Assembly: GCA_041601615.1 (NCBI GenBank)
Contig: JBFIHX010000002.1
Location: 46,026-110,025, forward strand
Source of the DNA: Thermoplasmatota archaeon
GTDB taxonomy: Archaea > Thermoplasmatota > E2 > JACPAO01 > JAHFTW01
Direction: 5' to 3'
Length of the DNA: 64,000 nucleotides
Position numbers and translations under genes: made by a program. The notes below the pieces were generated by a model. It was given only the letters and a program-made list of their open reading frames with translations, was not told the origin of the DNA and made no database searches. Of this stretch, positions 27,915 through 37,433 are shown piece after piece (the stretch's first letter is position 1; each line of letters starts with the position of its first letter).

Positions 27915-28469
27915 TCAGCACTGTCGGATGCCAGGAGTCAGGTCCTCCTTCTCGCAAATGTGCCCTCCCGTGATGGCTTCGCCGCGACCATCGACGTAGT
28001 TGTAGCAATCCAGCGGATCCGGGAAGACCGTGCACGGGCTGTCGGAGGTCGAAATCAAGGCACCCGGGTCCACTCCGAACGTGTTGGCCGACTGGACCGT
28101 GACCACATAGGGAGACTCCACCGCGACACGCACGCCAGTGACGGTGATGTCGAAGGCAGTGCAGTAGTTGGCAATGAAGGAGATCGTGGCGACGCCATTG
28201 GCACCATCGGCGTGCTGACCTCGAACGTCGAGGTCCACGCGGTCAAGGGGCGTCGCGTAGCTCAACGTGACCGTGTAGAGCTTCGGAATCCAAATGGCAA
28301 GGCAATCCATGTCACCATGGGTGCTGAAACGGTGGGTGTCCACGTCGTTTGTGTCCACGGTGCCGACGAAGGGGCCGGGGCTGGGGAGGCCTCCGATGCC
28401 GGCTAGAGAGCCTGGTGCAAGGAGGAGGGCAGTCGCGAGCAAGCCTAGGAATGCGGGAAATACGCGCAT
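27915..28469 (-). CDS. Secreted protein: beta-sandwich (PPC-like) domain plus Cys-rich C-tail
   Basis: Signal peptide; GTVDTNDVDTHRF...YTVTLSY...; tail with 4 Cys. Confidence 0.7.
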   Translation of the reverse strand: MRVFPAFLGLLATALLLAPGSLAGIGGLPSPGPFVGTVDTNDVDTHRFSTHGDMDCLAIWIPKLYTVTLSYATPLDRVDLDVRGQHADGANGVATISFIANYCTAFDITVTGVRVAVESPYVVTVQSANTFGVDPGALISTSDSPCTVFPDPLDCYNYVDGRGEAITGGHICEKEDLTPGIRQC

Positions 28470-28605
28470 GAAGTGTGATTGTCGCATAGGGCATCAGGGT
28501 TTGCAGGAGGGCCCGGTGTATCTACTTCGCAATTCTCCATACATGCAAGGAATGTGTTACGAAAATCACCAGCAAGTTTGATGATGCTGTGGTTGATTCC
28601 ATTTC

Positions 28606-28869
28606 ATGCGCGCCCTCACCATCTGCGCAGCCATTCTACTGACCCTCGTGCCGACCACTTCCGCCCACGACAACCCGCCACCAGACCCCACTTTGCTCGG
28701 GCACCACTACTGCCAGATTTCGTTGCCCCTGTGGGACTATGCCATGTGCCAGGAATCATATTGGCTCAGTGCCGCCACGCAATTCATCACCTTGGGCCTG
28801 CCCTGGACCGTGTACACTGGTCACCAAGCTGGCTGCCATGTCGTTGGTGGACCCGCCTGCATCATGTAA
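28606..28869 (+). CDS. Small secreted Cys-rich peptide (87 aa, 4 Cys in mature part)
   Basis: Signal peptide MRALTICAAILLTLVPTTSA; mature part ends GCHVVGGPACIM. Confidence 0.65.
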   Translation: MRALTICAAILLTLVPTTSAHDNPPPDPTLLGHHYCQISLPLWDYAMCQESYWLSAATQFITLGLPWTVYTGHQAGCHVVGGPACIM

Positions 28870-28945
28870 TCAGGATTCGCCAGCCAAGCCCACGCGCCCC
28901 TCGGAGGGCCAACGATGATGAACAAGGCCCGCTTCGGCATGGCCT

Positions 28946-30388
28946 ATGCCCCACTTGAGCGCCGCATACTCCGTGACTGCACGGCTGGAGATTGACAACC
29001 GCCCCGGCATGCTTGGTCGCATCGCGACGCGAGTTGGAGAACTGGGCGGAAGCTTGGGCGCCATCGACATGGTGCGCACTACCGACAACGGCCGCACCAT
29101 GATTCGCGACCTGCAAATCGAAGCCGAGGACGAAACGCACGAACGCCGCATCCGCGACGGCCTCCAAGGCATGCAAGGCGTGAATGTTCTTGCCGTATCA
29201 GATTTGACATTCCTTGCGCACCTTGGCGGCAAAATCGAAGTCCACAGCAAGCTGCCTCTGAAAACCCGAGCTGAGCTTTCCATGGCTTACACGCCGGGTG
29301 TCGCCCGCGTCTGCCGCGCCATCGCAAAAGACCCGTCCGCCAGCCACAACCTTACCATCCGCCGCAACACCGTCGCCGTGGTGTCCGACGGCAGCGCCAT
29401 TCTTGGCCTTGGAAACCTCGGCCCCATGGCCGCCATGCCCGTAATGGAAGGCAAGGCACAGCTCTTCAAGGAATTCGGCGGCGTAAACGCCTTCCCGCTC
29501 TGCATCGACCTGCACTCGGCCGACGAAATCGTCGACTTCGTCAAGGCCATCGCCCCCACCTTTGGCGGCATCAACCTCGAAGACATCGCCGCACCCACCT
29601 GCTTTGAAGTGGAACGCCGCCTCAAAGAAGACCTGGACATCCCCGTCTTCCACGACGACCAACACGGCACCGCCGTCGTGATGCTCGCCGGCATCATCAA
29701 CGCCCTCAAAGTCGTCAAGAAGGCCCTCGTCGACTGTAAGATCGTCTTCAGTGGCGTCGGAGCCAGCGGCACCGCCTGCACCAAGATTCTGCTTGCCGCC
29801 GGAGCCAAGAACATCATCGGCTGCGACAGCCGCGGCGCCGTCCACCTCGGCCGCACGGACTTGAACCCAAGCAAGCGCGAATACGCCGAAATCACCAACC
29901 CCGACGGATTCTCGGGCACGGTCCAAGAAGCCCTCGCCGGAGCCGACATATTCGTGGGCCTCTCGGGACCAAACCTCCTGAAGCGCGCCGACGTAGAAGC
30001 GATGGCCGACAAGCCCATCGTTTTTGCCATGGCCAACCCCGACCCCGAAATCACTCCCGAAGAAGCAGGCGACAAGGTAGCCGTCATGGCCACCGGCCGC
30101 AGCGACTACCCCAACCAAATCAACAACGTCCTGTGCTTCCCCGGCATCTTCCGAGGCGCCCTAGACGCCAGCGCCACGGACATCAACGAACCCATGAAAC
30201 TGGCCGCGGCCCACGCCATCGCCAGCCTGGTCGCCCCCGAGGAATTGGGCCCCGAATACATCATCCCCAGCGTCTTCCACCCACGCGTTGGCAAGGTCGT
30301 CGCTCGCGCCGTCAAGAAGGCCGCCATCGAAAGCGGTGTATGCCGCACACGCCACAAGCGCTACGAGTCCCTGGAAGCCACAAGCTGA
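28946..30388 (+). CDS. NAD(P)-dependent malic enzyme with N-terminal ACT domain
   Basis: ACT (DNRPGMLGRI), YTPGVA, VVSDGSAILGLG, INLEDI, FHDDQHGT, FAMANP, TGRSDYPNQINN. Confidence 0.95.
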   Translation: MPHLSAAYSVTARLEIDNRPGMLGRIATRVGELGGSLGAIDMVRTTDNGRTMIRDLQIEAEDETHERRIRDGLQGMQGVNVLAVSDLTFLAHLGGKIEVHSKLPLKTRAELSMAYTPGVARVCRAIAKDPSASHNLTIRRNTVAVVSDGSAILGLGNLGPMAAMPVMEGKAQLFKEFGGVNAFPLCIDLHSADEIVDFVKAIAPTFGGINLEDIAAPTCFEVERRLKEDLDIPVFHDDQHGTAVVMLAGIINALKVVKKALVDCKIVFSGVGASGTACTKILLAAGAKNIIGCDSRGAVHLGRTDLNPSKREYAEITNPDGFSGTVQEALAGADIFVGLSGPNLLKRADVEAMADKPIVFAMANPDPEITPEEAGDKVAVMATGRSDYPNQINNVLCFPGIFRGALDASATDINEPMKLAAAHAIASLVAPEELGPEYIIPSVFHPRVGKVVARAVKKAAIESGVCRTRHKRYESLEATS

Positions 30389-30486
30389 CCCGATAGGCGA
30401 CCCGCAAAACCGGGGACGGCATGCGGCGCCGCCATATCTCGTAGCAGAATACAAGTACCGATGCAGACCAATCAACAGGGTCTGCC

Positions 30487-30978
30487 ATGTACACTTCCGT
30501 CATTCGCGACCATTTTGCCGCCGTCCTGCGCATCAGCCTCGGCTGGGTCTTCTTCTGGGCATTCCTGGACAAATTCCTCGGGCTCGGCTATGCCACCCCC
30601 CGCGCCCGCGCATGGGTCAACGGCGGCAGCCCCACCCAAGGATTCCTGGGCAACGTCGAGGGGCCCTTCGAGTGGCTGTTTTCTCCCATGGCCGGCAACG
30701 TCGCCATCGACGCCATCTTCATGCTGGGGCTGCTGGGCATCGGACTAGCATTCCTGTTCGGCATCGGCATGCACATTGCCGGCTGGAGCGGCGCCGTGAT
30801 GTTGACACTCATGTGGCTCGCCGTCCTGCCACTCACAAACAACCCCTTCATGGACGACCACCTGATCTACGCCGTGGCAATGCTGCTCCTGGTGTTCATG
30901 CACTCCGGACGAACCTGGGGCTTTGGTGATTGGTGGAGCAAGCATCACGTCGTCCAGCGATACAGGTGGCTCGAATGA
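30487..30978 (+). CDS. DoxX/TQO-small-subunit-like membrane protein
   Basis: RISLGWVFFWAFLDK...GGSPTQGFL...NNPFMDDHLIYA. Confidence 0.88.
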   Translation: MYTSVIRDHFAAVLRISLGWVFFWAFLDKFLGLGYATPRARAWVNGGSPTQGFLGNVEGPFEWLFSPMAGNVAIDAIFMLGLLGIGLAFLFGIGMHIAGWSGAVMLTLMWLAVLPLTNNPFMDDHLIYAVAMLLLVFMHSGRTWGFGDWWSKHHVVQRYRWLE

Positions 30979-31433
30979 GCACCAAATCCCCGGCGACAAC
31001 CCACGCCAAGCCTCGAGCCAGTGCCCCCAAGGCCTCGAAAACGGAAGCCCGCCCCGACGCTCGCCCCGTGCGCCGCGTCGTGGTCCCCATCGAAGGAACC
31101 GACAGCGAATTCTTGACCCAGGAACTCGCAGCAGAATGGGCCTCTGCCCTCGGCGTATCCGCCCACGCCGTCCACGTAAGCGCCGCCCCCGACGAAGCCA
31201 ACGAAGACCTCTGGAGCTATTTTCAGAAAGCCTGCGACCGCTGGGGTGTCGAACTAGACACGCAACAATTGGCCGGCACCGACGCAGCCCAGGAAATCCT
31301 CGCTGAATTGGACGCCATGGACTTGCTCGTCATTGGAACACGCCGACTCACGGGCCGATTCCACGTGGGAAGTGTCACGCAGGCGATTTTGCGGGACGCT
31401 CCTTGTGCCGTGCAAGTAGTGCGGTTGGAGTAG
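30975..31433 (+). CDS. Universal stress protein
   Basis: VVVPIEG, DLLVIGT, GSVTQAIL..APCAVQVV; ATGA overlap with the DoxX gene. Confidence 0.9.
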   Translation: MSTKSPATTHAKPRASAPKASKTEARPDARPVRRVVVPIEGTDSEFLTQELAAEWASALGVSAHAVHVSAAPDEANEDLWSYFQKACDRWGVELDTQQLAGTDAAQEILAELDAMDLLVIGTRRLTGRFHVGSVTQAILRDAPCAVQVVRLE

Positions 31434-31472
31434 GTCGGGAGCCCAAGCGCCCCCTGCAGCTACGGCGCGAAC

Positions 31473-31685
31473 CTACGACCAGATTACGCCAGTAGCCCAA
31501 TGCACCCCGAACGCCACGAGAACGACGCCCACAACTTGCAAGAACCGAGGCGCAGCACCCTTCCATATCATGCGCGCACGAGCCTCCAAGAGCCGATACG
31601 GCACGAATTTCGTCTTGGTCGTGGAGCCAAGAAAGAACAACAGCCCCATGACCGCCATTAGAGAGCCCCACGCAATCTCCAGCAT
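31473..31685 (-). CDS. Small 2-TM membrane protein
   Basis: 70 aa; TM-STTKTKFVPYRLLEARARMIW-TM. Confidence 0.6.
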   Translation of the reverse strand: MLEIAWGSLMAVMGLLFFLGSTTKTKFVPYRLLEARARMIWKGAAPRFLQVVGVVLVAFGVHWATGVIWS

Positions 31686-31839
31686 CACGCTGCACCCCCC
31701 GCGCTCGATAGAAGATTGTCCAACCAACCCGAGGCCAGGCAAACCATCCTCCGTTTGCTTGGCGGACCGTTCTAACCTTGTCCGAGACCGGTTATATGCG
31801 AAGGGGTCGGACTAAGGGGTTGTCCAGGAGGACGCGCAC

Positions 31840-32619
31840 ATGACCAAGACGACCAAAATTCTGACTCTCCTTGCCCTCACCGCTTTGGTGATGGGCGCCA
31901 TCGCCTCTCCGGCACTTGCTCGCGAACACGACGACGAGGACGGCAGCGACCGACCCGGACGCGACGCACGACCGGATCAAGCCGAACGCAAGAGCGACCG
32001 ACAAGAAGCCAAGTCGGACCGCCCCGAGCGCCACATCGCCGAACGCTGCAAAGACGCCGCAAACTCAACCGATGAAATTCCCGCCGCTTGCAAACGCATC
32101 GCCAAATCCATGGGCGCACTGGCCCGCTGCCGCGCTGCCGCCGCCGACAACAGCACCGACGACAACTCCAGCAAACTCCCCTCCTCCTGTGACCGCCTCC
32201 TAGAGGTCCACGACGGCGAACACAAAGCCCGCCGCGCCGCCCACGCCATCATCAAAGCAATCGACGCACTCGAACACCGTGTCGCCCGCCTCGAAATGAA
32301 GGAAATGAAGATCCAAGAGCAACTCGATGAGGGCAACCTCACCGTCGAAAACGCCACCAAGGCTCAGGACCGCATCGACCGCATCCAAGAAGCGCAAGAC
32401 AAGGCCCTAGAGCGCATCGAGCACCTCGAAGCGCGCCTAGAAGCGATCAAGGAACGCTGGGACGGTGCCCGCGAGCACGCCGACGCCCAGAAAGAAAAGC
32501 GCGAAAAGGCCCACGGCGACCACCATGATGACGAGGAGCACGAGGCCGAGAGCGAGGACGAAGAAGAGGATGAGGCCTCGGCTTCCAGCGGCAACAGCAC
32601 TGCCGACCCCGCTCCCTAG
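31840..32619 (+). CDS. Secreted highly charged coiled-coil protein with two Cys-pair repeats
   Basis: Signal peptide; ERC...PAACKR and ARC...PSSCDR repeats; long heptad region; acidic His-containing tail. Confidence 0.75.
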   Translation: MTKTTKILTLLALTALVMGAIASPALAREHDDEDGSDRPGRDARPDQAERKSDRQEAKSDRPERHIAERCKDAANSTDEIPAACKRIAKSMGALARCRAAAADNSTDDNSSKLPSSCDRLLEVHDGEHKARRAAHAIIKAIDALEHRVARLEMKEMKIQEQLDEGNLTVENATKAQDRIDRIQEAQDKALERIEHLEARLEAIKERWDGAREHADAQKEKREKAHGDHHDDEEHEAESEDEEEDEASASSGNSTADPAP

Positions 32620-32708
32620 AACTTGACCGCCCCCGCGCCCTCCCGGGCCGGGCCGCTTAGCCGGTTCGACCCGGACCCCTTTTTCACCCACTCTCGGTTG
32701 TCCCTACC

Positions 32709-33221
32709 ATGAAGTCTCTGAATCCCGCCCGCATAACGCTACCATTCCTGGCCTTGGCCATGCTCGCCGTGCCCGTCGCTTCCGCCCAAGACGACGCATG
32801 CAGCCAAAGCGATCCATGCCCCTGGGCCCTAGACGTCTACGAGGCAGGCTTCGATGTTTCCGATGAGAGCCTGAATGCCACCATCGACGACTGGTACACC
32901 CTGAACATCTTCAACCTTGACGACGTTGCGCACACCATCACCCTCGAAGGCCACGGCGTGCAAGTCACCGTCGCGCCCCTGGAGGAAGCCACATCCGCGC
33001 CCTTCCAGCTCACCCAAGCCGGCGTATTCAGCCTCGACGACGAACCCACTGGTGATTTCGTACTGGTCCAGGTCTTTGAAACGGACGTCGTGGACGAAGA
33101 AGCGGATGCCGCCACCACGGCCGCAGGAAACGAAGACGCCGTAGGCAAGGACCAACCGCTGCCACTCACAGTGGCCCTGGGAGCGCTGCTTGTTTCGGCG
33201 TTCCTTTTGCGCCGACGCTAG
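32709..33221 (+). CDS. Secreted cupredoxin-like protein with CTERM-like anchor
   Basis: Signal peptide; TLNIFNLDDVAHTITLEG cupredoxin-like strand pattern; C-terminus QPLPLTVALGALLVSAFLLRRR. Confidence 0.7.
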   Translation: MKSLNPARITLPFLALAMLAVPVASAQDDACSQSDPCPWALDVYEAGFDVSDESLNATIDDWYTLNIFNLDDVAHTITLEGHGVQVTVAPLEEATSAPFQLTQAGVFSLDDEPTGDFVLVQVFETDVVDEEADAATTAAGNEDAVGKDQPLPLTVALGALLVSAFLLRRR

Positions 33222-33306
33222 TTCCCATGGATTGCCCCGGCCGATGGCACCGTGTTGCCCCCGTTTCCGTGCGCTCCGCCCCTGTCGCCGGTCTCTCGTC
33301 GCGCAT

Positions 33307-34575
33307 TCAAGAGGAGAGCAGGTCCTTGTGGATCTGGCCGTCCTTGATGATCAAGAGGAAGTTTTTGACCGGGTCCGCGACGACCTTCAGATCCTCCAGG
33401 GGGTTGCCCTCCACGAGCAACAAATCCGCCATGGCACCCGTCTCGATGACGCCGACCTTGCCGGGGTACGGATTGCGCGGGCCGGACAATTGAATCAATT
33501 CGGAGGCGTTTCCGGTGGCTTGCCGCAGCGCTTCAAGGGGCGTAAACCAGGTGCCAAGACTTGCCAGCATCGCGTTTTGGTGTGCCGGGAAGGAGCCATC
33601 TCCTAGGTGCAAGTCGGTGCCGAAGGCAATCTTGACTCCGAGTCGTTTGGCCTCCTTGTACATGGCCTGGGTCGCCTTGGCCACTGCCTTGCGCTTCGGG
33701 TTTTTGGTGCCGGGAAACTCAAACGGTTGGGTGCTTAGCCAGATGCCCTCGGCGGCCATGATTTTCATGGTGGACTCCGTCAAGTGGTGCCCGTGCTCGA
33801 TCACCTTCACGCCAGCCCTGATGCTGCGCTGGGCGGCTTCGTCGTGGTAGCAGTGGACGGCAACGTAGGTGTTCCAATCCCGCGCCGCCGCCACCGCCGC
33901 TTCGATTTCCGCGGTGGTGAATTGGCTCACATCCAAGGGGTCGTAGACGCCGGAAGCACTTCCGCTGGTGGCGAGTTTGATCTGCGAAGCGCCCTTGCGA
34001 AGGTTTTCTCGGGTCGCCGCCAATACCCCTGCGACTCCGTCCACGACGCGGGCAAAACCGACGCGCTCAATGACACTGGGGTCGCCGCCAAAGTGCCGGG
34101 CGCACATGCAGGGAAACACGTAGTCGCCGTGCCCAGAGGTCTGGGAGATCATCGCGCCGGACGGGTAGATGCGGGGGCCGGGAATGAATCGGTGGTCGAT
34201 GGCTTTCTTGATGCCAAACACCGCGCCGGCCATGTCTCGGACGGTGGTGAAGCCACGCATCAGGGTCGCCTCCGCTTCCGCAACGGCCACCGCGACGTGG
34301 TAGTCGACGCTGTTGGTAAACAGGTCTTGCGGGGTGATGTTGGCAATGTAGGCGTGCCAGTGGCAGTCGATGAGGCCGGGCATCAATACGCGACCGCCGC
34401 CGTCAATGACCTTGGCACCCTCGCGCTCGGCGGCCGCAAACGGTCCCGCTTGGATGGCCTTGATGCGGTCGCCCTCGATGCGAACGGAGCCTTCCCTTAG
34501 CTCCTCGTGCGTGCCGTCAAAGATGCGGACGTTTTCGATCAGAATCGGGGCGGACGAGGGGGCTTGCGGTTGCAT
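33307..34575 (-). CDS. Metal-dependent amidohydrolase (Xaa-Pro dipeptidase-like)
   Basis: MPGLIDCHWH, GFTTVRD, QIKL, VAVHCY, IEHGH, AFGTD, ADLLLVEGNPLEDL. Confidence 0.92.
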   Translation of the reverse strand: MQPQAPSSAPILIENVRIFDGTHEELREGSVRIEGDRIKAIQAGPFAAAEREGAKVIDGGGRVLMPGLIDCHWHAYIANITPQDLFTNSVDYHVAVAVAEAEATLMRGFTTVRDMAGAVFGIKKAIDHRFIPGPRIYPSGAMISQTSGHGDYVFPCMCARHFGGDPSVIERVGFARVVDGVAGVLAATRENLRKGASQIKLATSGSASGVYDPLDVSQFTTAEIEAAVAAARDWNTYVAVHCYHDEAAQRSIRAGVKVIEHGHHLTESTMKIMAAEGIWLSTQPFEFPGTKNPKRKAVAKATQAMYKEAKRLGVKIAFGTDLHLGDGSFPAHQNAMLASLGTWFTPLEALRQATGNASELIQLSGPRNPYPGKVGVIETGAMADLLLVEGNPLEDLKVVADPVKNFLLIIKDGQIHKDLLSS

Positions 34576-34692
34576 CGAAGGTCCTTCTGGAAACGCCGGA
34601 GATCCGTGACGGCTCCGGCTTGCTGGGACCATTTGGGGCTAGGATATAGAATGCGGACCCAGCAAGGCGTCGACAGGGCTAGGAAGCGCGGT

Positions 34693-35625
34693 TCAGTCGA
34701 GGAGGCCCAGTTCTTCGTCAGGTTCGGTGATGCTGCAGCTGCCGATGCTGAACGGCACTTCGACGCTGGCTAGACCCAAGTCGCCCAAGCCCATCTTGTG
34801 GTTGCGCCAGGAGACGCCGCCGCTGAATCCGAAGGCGCTGGCGTCGGTCTCGCCAATGCAGGCCGCCAATTCTGCGCCCGCCAGGCCCTTGCTCTGGGCC
34901 AAGCGCAAGCCGACTGCGAGGCCCAAAAATCCAGCGGTGTTGCCGTGTGCCGGGTCGACCACTGCGTGATGCAGGCCCTGCGTCGCCTTGAATGGGATGC
35001 CGTAGTTGGACATAGCCGGCAGAATCGCTGCGAGCGTCTCGGGCCCAAGGGCGGTGGGGCCAGCACAACGTACTTTGAGGCCCACCGGAGGCAGTTCCGT
35101 GTCTTCGTTGATGGCGTCCAGCAGCGTCATCATTCGTTCCAAGCCACTGTCGGCCCACTGTGCTTCGGTCCAGCGCGGCTCGATGTACAGGTAGACTTCG
35201 GAGTCGCGCATCAAGTGGCGAGCCACGGCGAGGGTGGCCGCGATGGCGCCGGGGCCGTCTTTGAGCGTGTCGTCGAAGGTCATTTCGAGCGCCGTGATGA
35301 ACCGAGGATAGTCTGCTTGCGAACCCTCTTCGTTCCAGGCCGTCACGAGGCGAGCGGCGTCTTCGGCGTGGGCAATGGGAATGCCGACGAGGCAGACTTG
35401 GCATTCCCGTTCGGGGCTCCAGCCGGCAGCTTCTAGGGCTTCGTCCGTCAACAAGTCGAGGTCGGCTTTGTTCAGGACCATGTCGGCGCCCAAGAGCCCC
35501 GGCTCGGCAAGGTCCTCTTCGAAATCCGCCGCGTCCTTGAGTGCCTCTTCGAAGCTCTTGCTGGCGGGCGGGAACATGCCAGCGTGGTCGAATACGCCTT
35601 CAAGGAGGGCAGCGCGGGCGTCCAT
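34693..35625 (-). CDS. Conserved hypothetical protein of the D[HY]AG[ML]FPP family
   Basis: LLEGVFDHAGMFPPA, GLKVRCAG, PFKATQGLHHAV, SIGSCSITEP; 2 nt downstream of the FAH gene. Confidence 0.8.
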   Translation of the reverse strand: MDARAALLEGVFDHAGMFPPASKSFEEALKDAADFEEDLAEPGLLGADMVLNKADLDLLTDEALEAAGWSPERECQVCLVGIPIAHAEDAARLVTAWNEEGSQADYPRFITALEMTFDDTLKDGPGAIAATLAVARHLMRDSEVYLYIEPRWTEAQWADSGLERMMTLLDAINEDTELPPVGLKVRCAGPTALGPETLAAILPAMSNYGIPFKATQGLHHAVVDPAHGNTAGFLGLAVGLRLAQSKGLAGAELAACIGETDASAFGFSGGVSWRNHKMGLGDLGLASVEVPFSIGSCSITEPDEELGLLD

Positions 35626-35627
35626 GG

Positions 35628-36635
35628 TTAGACCTCGGCCTTCTTCATTTCGTGGTCGATGACTCCAAAGACGCTGCGGCCGTTTTGCTGCACGTCGATG
35701 CGCACAGTCTCTCCAAAGCTCATGAAGGGGGTTTTGGGCGCGCCGTGGTGGATGGTTTCCAGCATGCGCACTTCCGCGATGCAGGAGGCGCCTCGGGATT
35801 CGTCTTCGTTGCTGACGGTGCCGGAGCCAATGATGGTGCCGTGGGGCAGCGGGCGGGTCTTGGCGGCGTGTTCGATCAACTCGCCAAAGCCGAAGAACAT
35901 CTCGGGACCGGCGTCGGGGTCGCCGTGCTTTTCTCCGCTGCGCCAGGATTCCATTTTGAGGTGGATGCGACCGTCTTTCCAGGCGTCGCCGATTTCGTCG
36001 GGGGTCACGGCGAAGGGCGCAAAGTGCGTCGGGGGTTTGCCGTGGAAGAAGCCGAAGCCGGCCTTGAGTTCGCGGGGAATTAGGTTGCGCAGGCTTACGT
36101 CGTTCATGGCGCAAAGGAGCTTGACGTGCTTGATTGCGTCGGCGGCTTTGGTGCCCATGGGAACGGCATCCAGAACAACGCCCACTTCGGCTTCAAAGTC
36201 GATGCCGTAGTCTTCAGAGGGCACGAGGACCGGGTCGTTGGGGCCGTAGAGCGGGTCGCTCACGCCTTGGTACATGAGTGGGACCGTGCGCAGGTCTTCG
36301 GGGGGCTCGGCGCCGCGTGCTTTGCGAACGAGGATGATGTGCTGGATGTAGGCGCTGCCATCGACCCAGCAAGTGGTCCGGGGCAGGGGGGCCATCCATT
36401 CGATGCTGTCCAGCGCCATGGCGTCGGGCCAGTCGCCGGCCTTGAGTTGGGCATCGATGGCGCGAAGTTTGGGTTCGAGGTTGTCCCAGTCTTGCATGGC
36501 CCAGAAGAGCGTGGGGGCCACGTCTTCGGGCACGAGTGCGGCGGTTCCAGCTTCATCGTTGACTACGACGAGGCGCCCGTCGCGCTCTTGCCAGAAGTCC
36601 TTCGGTTCCTGGACTTTCATCGTTCCCAGCTTCAT
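35628..36635 (-). CDS. Fumarylacetoacetate hydrolase family protein
   Basis: DGSAYIQH, PLMYQG, IDFEAE, NDVSLR, FGFFHGKP, GTIIGSGTVSN. Confidence 0.92.
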   Translation of the reverse strand: MKLGTMKVQEPKDFWQERDGRLVVVNDEAGTAALVPEDVAPTLFWAMQDWDNLEPKLRAIDAQLKAGDWPDAMALDSIEWMAPLPRTTCWVDGSAYIQHIILVRKARGAEPPEDLRTVPLMYQGVSDPLYGPNDPVLVPSEDYGIDFEAEVGVVLDAVPMGTKAADAIKHVKLLCAMNDVSLRNLIPRELKAGFGFFHGKPPTHFAPFAVTPDEIGDAWKDGRIHLKMESWRSGEKHGDPDAGPEMFFGFGELIEHAAKTRPLPHGTIIGSGTVSNEDESRGASCIAEVRMLETIHHGAPKTPFMSFGETVRIDVQQNGRSVFGVIDHEMKKAEV

Positions 36636-37018
36636 GCTCGATGGCGACAGGTGCTCCCGATATGACGGTGCCGCACCCGGCGGGCGGATGGCCTTGGAGT
36701 TGAGCTTGCGGGCTGGGCCAAGGCAAACTCTGGCCACCTGCAGGCCCTTGAGGACAGCGCCGGGGCATGTGTTGAAGGTGAAATCGCGGGGGTGTGGGGA
36801 GGGGTGGATCTTGCCGAATCAGGCATCGCGGCGCACAGGTGCGGGCCAATTCTGCAAGGATAAACCATTCGTGCTACAACATACTAGCAAACCACATTCA
36901 ACCCACAGATATAATGAACCAATAACGGCCGAATAGGCCCCTTAATTGACCATTAGTTGGGCAATACGTCAACAAAATTGATGTACATGTGTAAAGAATG
37001 GCTGTTCGGGTAACCACC

Positions 37019-37261
37019 ATGCAACCCAAACACCTAGCCATCGCAGCCTGCCTCGCCATCCTAGTCGCCCCCACCGCCCTCGCGTCCCCAACCTCCCTCC
37101 TCGAGACAGAACCGGCGCCCCCCGGCGGCAACTGCTCCGGCGACATCGACTTTGCCTGTTTCCACTGGGAATGCACCAACACCTTCTGCATTCGCTTGTT
37201 CTGCCCCGTCTACCTGCGCCATGGAAACCATGCAGGCAACACCCTCGCAGGCTGCTTCTAG
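37019..37261 (+). CDS. Small secreted Cys-rich peptide (80 aa, 6 Cys in mature part)
   Basis: Signal peptide MQPKHLAIAACLAILVAPTALA; NCSGDIDFACFHWECTNTFCIRLFC...GCF. Confidence 0.65.
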   Translation: MQPKHLAIAACLAILVAPTALASPTSLLETEPAPPGGNCSGDIDFACFHWECTNTFCIRLFCPVYLRHGNHAGNTLAGCF

Positions 37262-37433
37262 ACCGGCCCAGATCCCTCCACCATTCCCCCCGCACCCTTT
37301 TGCACATCCAACCGGCCGGACGAGCACAAAACCGTCTCGCAAAACCCCACTCGCCTGCCCTCCAGCGGGCCCCAAAGCGCCGAGACCAACACCTCCTCTT
37401 TTCCAATGACTCCCACTGGCCCGCCACCGCAGC

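Noticed and set aside
34693-36114. 473-aa ORF as a single protein, or a frameshifted fusion with the FAH gene
   Set aside because: The upstream part overlaps the FAH gene in another frame and is low quality; a clean ATG at 35625, 2 nt after the FAH stop, explains the locus.
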